DNA of 64,000 nt, taken from contig CAKSEF010000002.1 in the NCBI GenBank assembly GCA_934446465.1, forward strand, positions 2,083 through 66,082. The letters run 5' to 3'. This document shows, in pieces, positions 9,601-18,089 of this stretch; the first letter of the stretch is position 1; the number at the start of each line of letters is the position of its first letter. The notes beneath the pieces are model-generated. The model was not told the origin of the DNA and did not search any database. It saw only the letters and a program-made list of their open reading frames with translations. The translations under genes were made by a program, and so were the position numbers. The stretch is from an uncultured Oscillospiraceae bacterium (lineage in GTDB: Bacteria; Bacillota; Clostridia; Oscillospirales; JAAYXM01).

Positions 9601-12600
9601 TGCCGTATCTGACCCGAATCTCGGATTTTGCCGCTTCTGTGGCGTGAAGATTTCCGCAAAATACGGTTCACCGCCATGGGTTGTCAATGCGATTTCCCGT
9701 CCGTGGAAGATTCAGTGTCCGGATTGCAAGCGGCTTTTCCCGTCAAATGATTTTAAAAGCTTTTACGAGCTTGGGCTTAACGAATACCGCGAATTTGAGC
9801 GTTCCCGCGCATTGGCACGACACCATGCGCTTATTCACCACGGCGATGCATATGCCGTTTGTGATTGTACACCACCGGCGGATGAATGGACAAACGAATG
9901 GTATTCATACTACGGATACGGTGATGAGAATGGATATCTCTATAACGCCCTTTACAAAAATGTTGACCTTTCAAAGGTGGATACATTAAATGCAAATCTG
10001 AGATTGCGCCCGGGAGAGACTCAGGAAACGTGGGGCGTTGATGACGGATACGGTTACGTTCCGCGAAAGGAAGACGGAACAGCATATCAAGCCGGCTCGC
10101 GCGAAGAGCGACATACATATATCGCGGAATATCTCCACTACGGTATATGGCGCGGCGGCGCGGTTGTAAACGCAATCCGCTATTGCTCGGATGCTTACTT
10201 CTATACCGGTAATATAAAGTACGGAAGAGTTGCGGCAATTCTTCTTGACCGCACGGCAGATTTTTACCGCGACTTTGACCGCTCGCACTGGGGTAACTGG
10301 GTTAATAACTCCGACGGAGGTTCGGGACTGGGAAAGATACTCGGTAACATCTGGGAAGGTACGAATATGAAGACATTCTTCGCCGCTTATGATAAGGTGT
10401 TCGAGTGTTATGACGATCCGTTTGTCGTTGAGTATTTGAGCAAAAAGTCAAAAGAAATAAAGATGAACTACGCGAAGAACACACCGTCGCAGATCAGAAC
10501 AAACATTGAGGACGGAATTCTGCGCGGCGCACTTGAAGCACTTCCCGGCTGCTTTATCTCCGGTAACTTTGGATACCCTCAGAGTGCAAATGCAATGGCA
10601 GCGGTAGTTCTCGATACTATGCCCGATACCAAATACTGGCTTGATTATCTTATGGCACCGGGCTGGTCGCGTTCCGCTCCGAGTCTCGGCGGCGGAATAA
10701 ATGCACAGCTTGTAAATGATGTTGATGCAGACGGTCAGGGAAATGAGGGCTCGAAATATAACATTGACTGGCATACAACACTCATCGGTATACAGGAATA
10801 TCTTAACGGTTATGATGCTTATGTTGCGGCAAACCTTTACAATAATCCGAAGTTTGTAAAGATGTTTTATTCCAACATCCCGCTTGTTACGGGTAACCAC
10901 TCTGCGAACATCGGTGATACGTTCACTACTATGAGTAAAGACCAGTGGTACAATAAGAATCAGCTTGTTATGGCTGTTAAGTACTTTGATGATCCGCGCT
11001 TTGCACAGTTGCTTTATCTTGTAAACGGTAAGACATCCGAAGGACTGCGTTATGACATATACGAAAGAGACCCGGAGCGCCTTGCGGACGAAGTTCAGGC
11101 AATTATTGACAGGCTGGGCGAGATATCGCTTGACTCTGAGGTTATGACAAACTTCGGATATGCAATATTGCGCGACGGTAATAATTACTCTGATTCTCTC
11201 ACTCCGACGGCAAAGGATACAACGAGAAATGTGTGGATGTACTTCGGAACAAGTGCCGGTCATGCCCACAAAGATACGCTTAATCTCGGTATGACGGCAT
11301 TCGGTCTTGAATATCTCCCGGATCTTGGTTATCCGGAGGAAACATCATATACACCTAACCGTCTTCAGTGGGTAGGTACGACGCTTTCGCACAATACTGT
11401 TACGGTTAACGAACAGGCAGTTAAATCTCTGGATGAACCGAGAGGAGAGTCTCTGCACTTTGACCACAACGAAACAATTCAGCTTATGGATGTTTCCGCA
11501 CCGTATGTGAGCGAGGAAACGGAGGAATACCGCAGAAGTGTTATAACCGTCCATGTTGATGACGACAATTCGTACGCAGTTGATTTCTTCCGCGTTCTCG
11601 GGGGAGATACTCACCTCTATTCTTTTCATGCCGCATCAAATGAGATAGCAAAGACAACGGGACTTGATTTCACGCTCACAGAGGACGAGAACGGAAACTA
11701 TATTTCCGGTTCTCAACTTGACGAAAACGGCAATTACAAAGGCACATATGCCGGACGTGACGCAAAGTATATTAAGGATGAGGTAACGGGAGCGGTTCGC
11801 GCATATACGGAGGATGCAAGCTTGAACGATAACGAGGTCATCCTTGAGGCTGAGTGGGGGAAGGATCCAAATTCACCAAACGAGTGGTTCTACAATACGA
11901 TTTTCCCACGCGGATACACATGGCTGAAAAACGTTGATCGCGACATCGAACCTGAGAATAAGGTTGAGGTCGATTTCAAAATAAAAGACTTCAATAAGCA
12001 CCTAAGAGACGGCTCTAACCTTCATTTGTATATGACGGTGCTCAACTCAGGAAATATAGCGAAAGGTGCAGATGCTGAAATTTCGATTGCTGACGGATTG
12101 CCGCCGGATAAGTCCGGAAACAAGAATATCGATAAATTGAAGTATGTTCTTATTAAAAATCGGGGAGAGAATCTTGACACAACATTCACTACTGTTCTTG
12201 AACCATACCGCAAGACGCGTTATATCAAGTCAGTAGACGAGCTTCCGATGACGGTTACAGGCGGTGAGGAACAGGCCGGCGATTCCAGCCGCGCTGTAAG
12301 AGTTGAGCATACAAGCGGCAGAGTTGACTATATCCTTTACGCGACCAATACCAACGTAACTTATGAAATAACGCTTAACGATGAAAGTAAGCTATCGTTC
12401 CGAGGCTTTGTGGGCGTATATACCGTGCAGAACGGAGTAATTACCTATAAATATCTCCACGATGGAGATATTCTCGGCGGAGAGTATGGAAAAGCATCAA
12501 TAGATGGTATTGTTTCCAAGTTTACCGATACGCTTGAACTTAAAAACTACATCTGGATTACGCCGAAAGCGCCTCTTTCTGATGATGAGCTTGCACTTCT

Positions 12601-13774
12601 CAGCGGTAAATACATATTTGTAAACAACGGCACAGAAAACAGAGGCGGAGCATGGCGCATCAAGGCGGCAGAGCGCGACGGAAACGATATTAAGCTTGAC
12701 GTAGGGGATGTTACGACAATCCGCAGATTCAAGGATGCAATTGACGAGGAGGCAGGCTTTAAATACACTATAGCAAAAAATCAGTCTGCGAGAATTCCGC
12801 TGACAACAATAGTAGATAACGATCCCGTGTTTGCACCGATAAGAGACAACCTTACGACAAATGCCGGAAGCACAATAGCAGTTACTGTCAGCGCCGCAAG
12901 TCCGGATACGGGAAACGCATCCGGTATAAGATACGTCGGCGAGACTATTCCGAGCGGTGCAAGAATAGATGCGCAGACCGGCGTATTCACGTGGAAGCCG
13001 GACAACTCACAAGTCGGAACAAGCCATGTTGCGATAACGGCAATTGACGATTACGGCAGGCAGAGTACAGCTCACTTCTATATTAAAGTTTATGGTTCCA
13101 CAACAGGCGGATCTGCAACAGACAGTGCGGAAAATCCGTCGGATGGCAGAGACGACAACAGCGGCGGCTCCGCACCTGCACCCGATAAGGAAGATACCAA
13201 TGCGGGGGACGGAGGTTCCGACGCCCACGACAAAATGCAATTCACAGACCTTTCCAACCACGCGTGGGCAGCAGATGCAATTAACGCTCTTGCCGCAGAC
13301 GGCATAATCCGTGGAACATCGGAAACAACATTTTCGCCTGCAGCCAACATTACGCGTGCGGACTTTGTACTGTTGCTTGTTCGTGCATTCAAGTTGACAT
13401 CGGATAACACGGAAAATTTCGCGGATGTTCAGGCTTCGGACTACTTTGCGTCTGAGATTGCAATAGCACGCAACAACGGGATTATCAGCGGAATAGGCGA
13501 AAATAAATTCGCACCTCGCAATTTCATCACCCGTCAGGATATGATGGTAATAGTATACCGCGTTATGCAGAAGCTCGGTGCAGAATTCGGCATTTATGAC
13601 AAACCGGAATATCCCGATTTCACCACCGTTGCCGATTACGCGCGTGTCGGGGTATCCGCGCTCATAGTCACCGGCCTTGTAAACGGTAAGGGCGGCAAAA
13701 TCGCGCCCACAGACTACACCACCCGTGCAGAGGTTGCGGTGCTCATCAAACGCATATTGGAACACATAAAATAA
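6680..13774 (+). CDS. Giant cell-wall-anchored heparinase II/III-like polysaccharide lyase family protein (2364 aa)
   Basis: RBS AAGGGGGG and signal peptide ...VTFA. The unannotated module occurs twice (aa ~36-275 and ~475-720), separated by Big_2-like Ig repeats (SVNENSGEITALKTGNATITV). The heparinase II/III-like region has an N-terminal helical part (NIKKYNWAKKEADGAI...) and a C-terminal signature (SAGHAHKDTLNLGMTAFGLEYLPDLGYPE...TLSHNTVTVNEQ). After that come a putative Ig/cadherin-like domain (GVFTWKPDNSQVGTSHVAITAIDDYG) and a low-complexity linker. Three SLH domains end the protein (13235-13771: FTDLSNHAWAADAINALAADGIIRG...). Confidence 0.9.
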   Translation: MKGKMKRLLGALLSVAVCVSLFPSVTFAVEPTTPVISFDFGAAGYTGVAGQTGTSEIGYETLKIFGDPEGEINPTWSKADAPQWVVDGHARATNIALTTVESGNKQANALYWSAFGTRAYQNGVATNTHAVAIRLKIDKPGTYIPELTYHARPDLCIFDIYLVPANSEIMTPANKGYVTIHQTKGENNANLLNRVINNAAAYKLGTLDMYAKEAGRVSTYLIGEHALNAFTVTEETKGEYYLFFRTNGVNDILKKEYGSGSGAEINANLFSLKLYNKADVAVPALASATLSLESTTMTEGESVLPKLTLFLENGDNPSAEMLSGYEIKYESNNPTVASVNENSGEITALKTGNATITVTETKSGVAGKLDITVAGKPYLERLQPKWENFVLFANDDKNSTADLGILAVMSNGKNIVPDEYKITYISADENIVTVDKGTITAVGVGKTTVTASATNENGEPVSVTVNAEVRGELDGLIYNFNAASYGKDKEIAMADLTKLGYAENGSDPWKVLSGANTVYWLSVTADEKVDHPYGANSATNVLAWGIWGYRAARYTGAEMNKEEGTFEGGTYSARQDAAVAALINITRAGTLVPAISYEARNTLSIFDTYLIPKTVVDASSHPDLSVGTEIAKLLSSIDKEKYLIAKHDMYDGSLEEQVTINKLDRFGNIEITETGEYYLIWQVNGINEALQGPENFTYLNNNVNYKHTIYVNIHSFGLYPLPKTELSSTGAHTETEEVFEGDIVRLIATPELADGKTVNTPAIISTFTSLDEEKATINGEYLIAKKAGTVKVKVDSRISGSEDVVTEYVDIEILPESITDISVTAGGSKNIRLTDKKNDTVPLFVTPISNLGNKLPTEEMIFTANALTPEVADIINGDTILPVTEGEAKFNVIVTIGERTIEREATLLVVKGKSRASYMTKEKAEAARENIKKYNWAKKEADGAIAQADRFVDNLDILYNLIASEGIPRGIDVGAVSDPNLGFCRFCGVKISAKYGSPPWVVNAISRPWKIQCPDCKRLFPSNDFKSFYELGLNEYREFERSRALARHHALIHHGDAYAVCDCTPPADEWTNEWYSYYGYGDENGYLYNALYKNVDLSKVDTLNANLRLRPGETQETWGVDDGYGYVPRKEDGTAYQAGSREERHTYIAEYLHYGIWRGGAVVNAIRYCSDAYFYTGNIKYGRVAAILLDRTADFYRDFDRSHWGNWVNNSDGGSGLGKILGNIWEGTNMKTFFAAYDKVFECYDDPFVVEYLSKKSKEIKMNYAKNTPSQIRTNIEDGILRGALEALPGCFISGNFGYPQSANAMAAVVLDTMPDTKYWLDYLMAPGWSRSAPSLGGGINAQLVNDVDADGQGNEGSKYNIDWHTTLIGIQEYLNGYDAYVAANLYNNPKFVKMFYSNIPLVTGNHSANIGDTFTTMSKDQWYNKNQLVMAVKYFDDPRFAQLLYLVNGKTSEGLRYDIYERDPERLADEVQAIIDRLGEISLDSEVMTNFGYAILRDGNNYSDSLTPTAKDTTRNVWMYFGTSAGHAHKDTLNLGMTAFGLEYLPDLGYPEETSYTPNRLQWVGTTLSHNTVTVNEQAVKSLDEPRGESLHFDHNETIQLMDVSAPYVSEETEEYRRSVITVHVDDDNSYAVDFFRVLGGDTHLYSFHAASNEIAKTTGLDFTLTEDENGNYISGSQLDENGNYKGTYAGRDAKYIKDEVTGAVRAYTEDASLNDNEVILEAEWGKDPNSPNEWFYNTIFPRGYTWLKNVDRDIEPENKVEVDFKIKDFNKHLRDGSNLHLYMTVLNSGNIAKGADAEISIADGLPPDKSGNKNIDKLKYVLIKNRGENLDTTFTTVLEPYRKTRYIKSVDELPMTVTGGEEQAGDSSRAVRVEHTSGRVDYILYATNTNVTYEITLNDESKLSFRGFVGVYTVQNGVITYKYLHDGDILGGEYGKASIDGIVSKFTDTLELKNYIWITPKAPLSDDELALLSGKYIFVNNGTENRGGAWRIKAAERDGNDIKLDVGDVTTIRRFKDAIDEEAGFKYTIAKNQSARIPLTTIVDNDPVFAPIRDNLTTNAGSTIAVTVSAASPDTGNASGIRYVGETIPSGARIDAQTGVFTWKPDNSQVGTSHVAITAIDDYGRQSTAHFYIKVYGSTTGGSATDSAENPSDGRDDNSGGSAPAPDKEDTNAGDGGSDAHDKMQFTDLSNHAWAADAINALAADGIIRGTSETTFSPAANITRADFVLLLVRAFKLTSDNTENFADVQASDYFASEIAIARNNGIISGIGENKFAPRNFITRQDMMVIVYRVMQKLGAEFGIYDKPEYPDFTTVADYARVGVSALIVTGLVNGKGGKIAPTDYTTRAEVAVLIKRILEHIK
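6790..7454 (+). repeat. Copy 2 of the 665-bp perfect direct repeat (partner 2126-2790)
   Basis: See the copy at 2126-2790. The offset is 4664 bp in direct orientation and the repeats bracket the GH20 gene. Confidence 0.9.
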
Positions 13775-13788
13775 GAAGGGGGCTCAAA

Positions 13789-14528
13789 ATGAAAAGCTTA
13801 TTGCATTTATCCTTGCAACCGTAATGCTTCCCGTGCTTTGTGCGTTCGGAGAGAAAAATGTCGGCATCTTCGGTGATGTGTCTTACGACATCCCGGACGG
13901 AAAGCGGATTTCCGATGATACAGTTCTCAACATAACGATTGCAAGCCATTCAAGCCGGCCATATAGCGAGAATTGGAAGGTATGGGAGTATATAAAAGAT
14001 GCAACTGGCGAAACTCTTAACCATAACGCCATCCCTGCATCGGATTTCGAAAGAAAGTTTCCGCTTATTATGGCAAGTTCCGAGTCCTTTTCGGATGCAA
14101 TAGGTTTTCGGGATGAGTCCTCCGGATTTGCAGACCACGCTCAACAAGGCACATTCCCTGCGCTTGACGATTATCCGGAATTTCTTGCGGATTACAATGA
14201 ATTCCGGAACTCTCTGCCGAGGATGAGCAGTGGATGAAGAACACGAGCCACGCCTCTGACGGAAAGATTTACTTCTCTCCGATATACGGAATGAACGGAG
14301 CGCGGCACAAACATTCGAGCATGGCTTTGCCATAAGGACTTTTTTGAAAACAACAATCTGACAACGCCAACAACCATAACCGAGGTTTATGAGGTTTCCG
14401 GTAAGCTTAAGAAGATATACCCCGATTCGTTCCAGTCCCGTATGCGCTCCGGTCTTGAAGACCTTGAGCGCGGGGGTATAACATCCGTTGGCGACAATAA
14501 CCATTTCACAATGAGCAAAGCGTTTTAA
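13789..14528 (+). pseudogene. Decayed extracellular solute-binding lipoprotein (ABC sugar transporter SBP, LplA/LipO-like)
   Basis: RBS GAAGGGGG, then ATGAAAAGCTT reads MKSLLHLSLQP-stop. One extra A in the A-run would give MKKLIAFILATVMLPVLCAFGE, a lipoprotein-type signal. Later frames read NITIASHSS..ENWKVWEYIKDATG, WMKNTSHASDGKIYFSPIYG and KDFFENNNLTTPTTITEVYEVSGKLKKIYPDS, which are typical of large family-1 SBPs. There are at least 3 frameshifts and the gene is truncated to about half length. No permease genes follow. Confidence 0.6.
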
Positions 14529-14595
14529 GCAGGAGTCAATGCTTTTAAGGCACTCATATAATTTATTACTTTAATAAAAAAAGGAGAGAAACAAC

Positions 14596-15381
14596 ATGCA
14601 GATCGGAGCACAACTTTACACAGTACACAACCGCATAAAAACTCTTGAGGATTTTTCAGCAGCCCTCAAAAAAGTAGCAGACATCGGATACAGATCCGTT
14701 CAGGTATCCGGTACTTGTCCGTATGAGCCGGAATGGCTCCGTGACGAGCTGGCAAAAAATAATCTCGTCTGCGCAATGACACACATCGCTCAGAAGCGTA
14801 TTATTGAGGAGACCGAGGATGTTGTAAAACAGCATGCGGTTTTCGGATGTAAGCACATCGGTATCGGCGGGATGCCGATTGAAATGCGTGGCAGTGTAGA
14901 AGGTTATCAGGAATTTAAAAAGACTTATCTTCCGGCAGCGGAGAAAATTCGCGATCTCGGTGCAAAGTTTCTTTATCACAACCACTCGTTTGAGTTTGAA
15001 AAATTAGACGGCAAGGACGTTATTGAGCGTATTTTAGAGGACTTCCCGGAGGACAGCATTGACTTTACGCTTGACCTTGGTTGGGCAGCAGATGCCGGTA
15101 AGGATGTTGTAGCGCTTATTGATATGCTCAAAGGTCGTCTTTCCCGTATTCACCTTAAGGACTTTGCAGACAAGCCGGAAGACGGAAGTATAGATACTTC
15201 TGTATATCTCCGCCCGATTTTTGAGGGAAAGCTCCCATATGAGGACTACATAAACGCCCTTTCAAAGGTTGGCTGTGAATATATGCTCGTTGAGCAGGAT
15301 TATTGCTATGACGAGGACGAGTTTGAATGTCTCAGGAGAAGCTATGAGAATGTAACAAAGCGTTTCCCGAACGTAAAGTAA
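14596..15381 (+). CDS. Sugar phosphate isomerase/epimerase (xylose isomerase-like TIM barrel)
   Basis: 261 aa with RBS AAGGAGAG. MQIGAQLYTV...IGYRSVQVSG...YHNHSFEFE...RIHLKD...LVEQD fits the AP_endonuc_2/xylose-isomerase-like barrel pattern. Confidence 0.8.
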   Translation: MQIGAQLYTVHNRIKTLEDFSAALKKVADIGYRSVQVSGTCPYEPEWLRDELAKNNLVCAMTHIAQKRIIEETEDVVKQHAVFGCKHIGIGGMPIEMRGSVEGYQEFKKTYLPAAEKIRDLGAKFLYHNHSFEFEKLDGKDVIERILEDFPEDSIDFTLDLGWAADAGKDVVALIDMLKGRLSRIHLKDFADKPEDGSIDTSVYLRPIFEGKLPYEDYINALSKVGCEYMLVEQDYCYDEDEFECLRRSYENVTKRFPNVK

Positions 15382-15448
15382 ATCAGTTATTTAAGCTTCG
15401 CCGCGGGGCGAAACATATAAAAACAGAGAATCGAAGGAGACATTAAAA

Positions 15449-16615
15449 ATGGATAAGGTAAGACTTGGTATTATCGGTTATGGCGCAATGGGTAAACCGG
15501 TTACTAAATGGCTCGTTTCGGAAAAGCAGAGCCCTGAAATTGATGTAACCGCAATTTGCGACTTTGATGCAAAAGCTCTTGACTCCGCAAAAGAAACGTA
15601 TAAGGATACATCGATTAAATTTTTCGCTGATGCGGAAGCAATGATGGATTCCGGTGAGATTGATGCAGTCTACATTGCAGTTCCCCACTATGACCATCCG
15701 GTTCTTGCAATAAAAGCTTTCAAGAGAGGACTCCATGTTATGCTTGAAAAGCCGGCAGGCGTTTATACAAAGGCAGTCCGCGAAATGAACGCTGAAGCAG
15801 AAAAAGCAGGCGTTAAGTTCGGTATGATGTTCCAGAGCCGCACTCAAGCTATTTATCGCAAGGCAAAAGAAATCCTTTCCTCCGGCAAAATGGGTCAGAT
15901 CAGAAGTGTAAACTGGCTCATCACAAAATGGTTCCGATCACAGAAGTATTACGATTCGGGCGTATGGCGTGCAACGTGGACGGGCGAAGGCGGCGGTGTT
16001 CTTCTTAACCAGTGTCCGCATCAGCTCGACCTTCTCCAGTGGTTCTGCGGTATGCCGGAAGAAATTTATGCAAAGTGTTCGGTTGCTCAGTGGCACGATG
16101 TTGAAATTGAAGATGATGTTGTTGCGATACTTAAATACAAGAACGGAGCAATGGGAAGCTTTATTACATCAACCGGTATCAATCCGGGAGCAAACCGCCT
16201 TGAAATTGCTCTCGATAAGGGATGCCTTATCATTGAGAATGGTAAGCTTACTGTCAAAGAACTTAATGTTGACCTTTCCACATACACCGGAAAGGAACCG
16301 GAACATAGAGTCCCGGCTCCAAAGGTTACAACAACAAACTACGAGTTTCCGGAAGAAAACACAGAAGGACACTCACTTATGCTCAGCGCATTTGCAAGCG
16401 CGATTATCCGCGGAACAGATCTTATTGCAGGAGCTCAGGACGGCTTAAATGAGCTTACTCTCTCCAACGCAATGTACCTCTCCTCATGGACAGATTCTAC
16501 AATCAAGCTTCCGATGGATGAGGATCTCTTCTACGAAAAGCTTAAGGCTCTTCAGGCAACCTCAAAGCACAAGGTCGCAGAGGGCGAAGCAATTGACGCT
16601 TCAAGCATTTTCTAA
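15449..16615 (+). CDS. Gfo/Idh/MocA family oxidoreductase
   Basis: 388 aa with an N-terminal Rossmann motif VRLGIIGYGAMGK and the EKP motif (VMLEKPAG). Confidence 0.9.
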   Translation: MDKVRLGIIGYGAMGKPVTKWLVSEKQSPEIDVTAICDFDAKALDSAKETYKDTSIKFFADAEAMMDSGEIDAVYIAVPHYDHPVLAIKAFKRGLHVMLEKPAGVYTKAVREMNAEAEKAGVKFGMMFQSRTQAIYRKAKEILSSGKMGQIRSVNWLITKWFRSQKYYDSGVWRATWTGEGGGVLLNQCPHQLDLLQWFCGMPEEIYAKCSVAQWHDVEIEDDVVAILKYKNGAMGSFITSTGINPGANRLEIALDKGCLIIENGKLTVKELNVDLSTYTGKEPEHRVPAPKVTTTNYEFPEENTEGHSLMLSAFASAIIRGTDLIAGAQDGLNELTLSNAMYLSSWTDSTIKLPMDEDLFYEKLKALQATSKHKVAEGEAIDASSIF

Positions 16616-16643
16616 ATATAGCTTACTAATCATCATTCACTGT

Positions 16644-16695
16644 AAGAAGAGGACTCGTGGATTTTTTTCGTGTGTCCTCTTCTTCTTATTATTTG
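16644..16695 (+). terminator. Intrinsic terminator-like hairpin after the oxidoreductase gene
   Basis: The 11-bp stem AAGAAGAGGAC / GTCCTCTTCTT (16644-16654 / 16674-16684) has a long loop and is followed by the T-rich CTTATTATTTG. Confidence 0.5.
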
Positions 16696-16761
16696 ATTGA
16701 TTTCGCGTGCATTCAAGCGTATAATAAGTACAATAATTACATATTGGAGGCAGATTCTGAA

Positions 16762-17631
16762 ATGAAATACGAAGAATATGTAACTCGGCTCGGGTTTACC
16801 CCGGAGGAGATGGAAATCATTTCGCGCACAGACAAAAAATGCAGGAATGAATTCTCGGATGTTTTTTCCCTCGCCCGCACGGAATACGACAAGGGAGACG
16901 AATCCTTTACCGAGTATCTTTTTGCGTTTGCAGAAAGAACAGACATTCCCGTAAATACGTTAAATCTCTATATTTACCTTCGTTTTATTGAGGATACTTA
17001 TAAAGAATATGAAAGGCGCGGAATAGGTGAGGACATACTCATTGAGACGATGAGCGGTTTTTCGACTGTCAGCCGCCTTGCGTTAGATGGAGGGCAGGAC
17101 TTCGGATTTCCGCAGCCGGTTTATCGCTCGTGGTTCCGCCGCGAGTTAGACTGCATGATATACCGACTGGGACGTCTTGAATTTGAAATAGTTGATGCGC
17201 CATGTGATATGGAGGTCGACGGGAAGAGCCTAAAAAAGGGCGAGACGTGTATTTCTGTTCACATTCCGCGTTCCGCAAGTTTTGATGAGGACGTTTGCGA
17301 AATATCATACGCCCATGCACGTGAATTCTTCAAAAAGTATTATAATATGGACAACATAATCTTTATGTGCCATTCATGGATGCTCCATCCGTGGCTGTGT
17401 GAGGTACTTCGTGAGACTTCTGCAATCGTAAAATTCCAAAAGAAGTTTAAAATTATACAGGTTGATGAAACTGATGTCGGCATCGGCTGGATTTTCAGCA
17501 CGGGAGTCGGTCTCGGGACGAAGGTTGAATCCATAGAGGAATATCCCGAGGATACATCGCTTCGCCGTGCGGCAAAGCAGAGACTGCGCGAGGGCAAAAT
17601 GCTCGGCGCAGGGCTTGGTATAAGGTTGTAA
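16762..17631 (+). CDS. Hypothetical protein, possibly a DUF5596/GNAT-like acyltransferase-domain family member
   Basis: The track ORF starts at 16657 inside the terminator. The ATG at 16762 (MKYEEYVTRLGFTPEEMEII) is the more plausible start. The pattern RLGRLEFE...HIPRS...FMCHSWMLHPWL resembles what I recall of this family. The function call is weak. Confidence 0.45.
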   Translation: MKYEEYVTRLGFTPEEMEIISRTDKKCRNEFSDVFSLARTEYDKGDESFTEYLFAFAERTDIPVNTLNLYIYLRFIEDTYKEYERRGIGEDILIETMSGFSTVSRLALDGGQDFGFPQPVYRSWFRRELDCMIYRLGRLEFEIVDAPCDMEVDGKSLKKGETCISVHIPRSASFDEDVCEISYAHAREFFKKYYNMDNIIFMCHSWMLHPWLCEVLRETSAIVKFQKKFKIIQVDETDVGIGWIFSTGVGLGTKVESIEEYPEDTSLRRAAKQRLREGKMLGAGLGIRL

Positions 17632-18006
17632 CGCAAAATCAAGGCTTCAAAACGCAACACATGAGAATGTGAGAATTTTTGAAAAAAGGTGCATTCGCCT
17701 GTCTTTGTTCATAATGTTGCATGGGATGTTGAATTTTGTTGTTAGAAACTGAAAAGTTATTGCACAGGAAGTTTTTGATGAAATCAAATTTCGCCGCAAT
17801 TCGCAGAGAGCTTTGGGTGTGTTGAGCCCGCTAATCCGAAGTATGCAGCACTTCTGACAAGAGAAGATGTCTGCACGGATCATACCGATGATAGCATATA
17901 TGCGGAAATATTTCTCGCCCGAATATAAGGTGCTTTCAGAGAGAGTTGGCGCAGATTCGGAACCGTATTTTATATATTTTTTCTCATCAACGGGAACATA
18001 ACCAAC

Positions 18007-18041
18007 AAGCAGCCGCCCGACGGCGACTGCTTGCTTTTTTA
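18007..18041 (+). terminator. Orphan intrinsic terminator
   Basis: The stem AAGCAGCCGCC / GGCGACTGCTT (one mismatch) is followed by GCTTTTTTA. It lies 375 nt downstream of the nearest plus-strand stop, at the end of a stretch with no convincing ORF. Confidence 0.5.
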
Positions 18042-18089
18042 TTCTGACTCTTTTTATAAACAATTGATAAAGAGCATTTTCTGTTATTG

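Noticed and set aside
8833-13765. Long minus-strand ORFs inside the giant gene (8833-9540, 10448-11269, 13007-13765 and others)
   Set aside because: They are shadow ORFs antisense to a 7.1-kb gene with multiple recognisable domains. Their compositions are Ser/Cys/Arg-biased, as expected for antisense frames.
16657-16761. N-terminal extension of the 324-aa track ORF
   Set aside because: The extension starts inside the upstream terminator hairpin and has no RBS. The ATG at 16762 gives a sensible N-terminus.
17632-18089. Possible small HTH gene (MKSNFAAIRREL...) and the 174-aa minus-strand ORF 17647-18171
   Set aside because: The plus-strand ORF stops after 15 codons. The minus-strand ORF overlaps the end of the SGNH gene region and has no recognisable motif or RBS. 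The stretch is treated as non-coding or degenerate sequence with an orphan terminator.
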